A stretch of DNA of 64,000 nucleotides, taken from positions 1-64,000 of IMG/VR virus record IMGVR_UViG_3300023179_000065, one strand, 5' to 3'. Positions 63,574 to 64,000 of this stretch are shown piece after piece. Under the pieces are notes generated by a model, which saw nothing but the letters and a program-made list of their open reading frames with translations, was not told the DNA's origin and made no database searches. The translations under genes were made by a program, and so were the position numbers. The DNA is from a virus (Duplodnaviria; Caudoviricetes). Numbering within the stretch: position 1 is the first letter of the stretch; every line of letters starts with the position of its first letter.

Positions 63574-64000
63574 TGTCATTTGGAGTATTTCAGTTTAGAA
63601 GAGGCAGCGCCTCAGATTGGTCAACTGCTAATACAGTACTAGCAGCCGGTGAGCTTGGTATTGAAACAAATACTAGCCTGTTTAAAATTGGTGATGGTTC
63701 TACTGCCTGGACAGATCTACCTTATGGTGGTATACAAGGTATTAAAGGTGATAAGGGTTACGGAGACAAAGGCGAAAAAGGTGATGTAGGGCCTAAAGGT
63801 GATATCGGCAACAAAGGCGACAAAGGTGATACCGGTAATAAGGGTGACACCGGCCTAACCGCAACTCTTCTCTATGAAGAGTTTACAGCTACTAGCGATC
63901 AAACTACTTTCTATCCTTCTACATTCACAGCAAACACCGGCGGTGTACGAGTATTTTATAATGGTGTTTTATTAAGCAATACTGAGTACACATCAAACAC
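63573..64000 (+). CDS. Mtd_N/hyaluronidase-N domain collagen fibre protein (runs off window)
   Basis: MSFGVFQFRRGSASDWSTANTVLAAGELGIETNTSLFKIGDGSTAWTDLPY then G-D-K triplets. Confidence 0.85.

Overview
A 64-kb segment of a large T4-like (Tevenvirinae/Kyanoviridae-like) myophage genome, AT-rich, standard genetic code, host probably a proteobacterium. It runs in this order: end of nrdB; small early genes; a sugar-nucleotide/heptose cluster (cytidylyltransferase, GalE, glycosyltransferase, HddA, GmhA); rnh and exonuclease; an accessory island (DUF932, an unannotated 23-aa PqqA peptide, candidate small RNA, collagen fibre + Gly-rich protein + 2OG-Fe(II) oxygenase, Bfd-like ORF, permuted two-piece tmRNA, M15 endolysin, SleB); gp33/gp59/gp32; a minus-strand baseplate-hub block (two paralogous tape-measure-like proteins, gp51, gp26, gp54, gp2, gp4); a plus-strand baseplate block (gp48, gp53, gp27-like, gp5, PAAR, gp25, gp6, gp7, gp8); a split DUF4815/VrlC-like complex; and a long array of fibre genes. 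The strongest novelty candidates are (1) a trifunctional COLGALT-like GT25 + PLOD glucosyltransferase + lysyl-hydroxylase enzyme directly upstream of Gly-X-Lys collagen fibres, suggesting an animal-type collagen hydroxylysine glycosylation pathway in a bacteriophage, with further prolyl-hydroxylase-like enzymes beside Gly-X-Pro proteins; (2) a stand-alone phage pqqA; (3) a permuted tmRNA; (4) an apparent -1 frameshift fusing gp26 to gp51 upstream of the tape-measure-like genes. All assignments come from motif recognition by eye; no searches were run.
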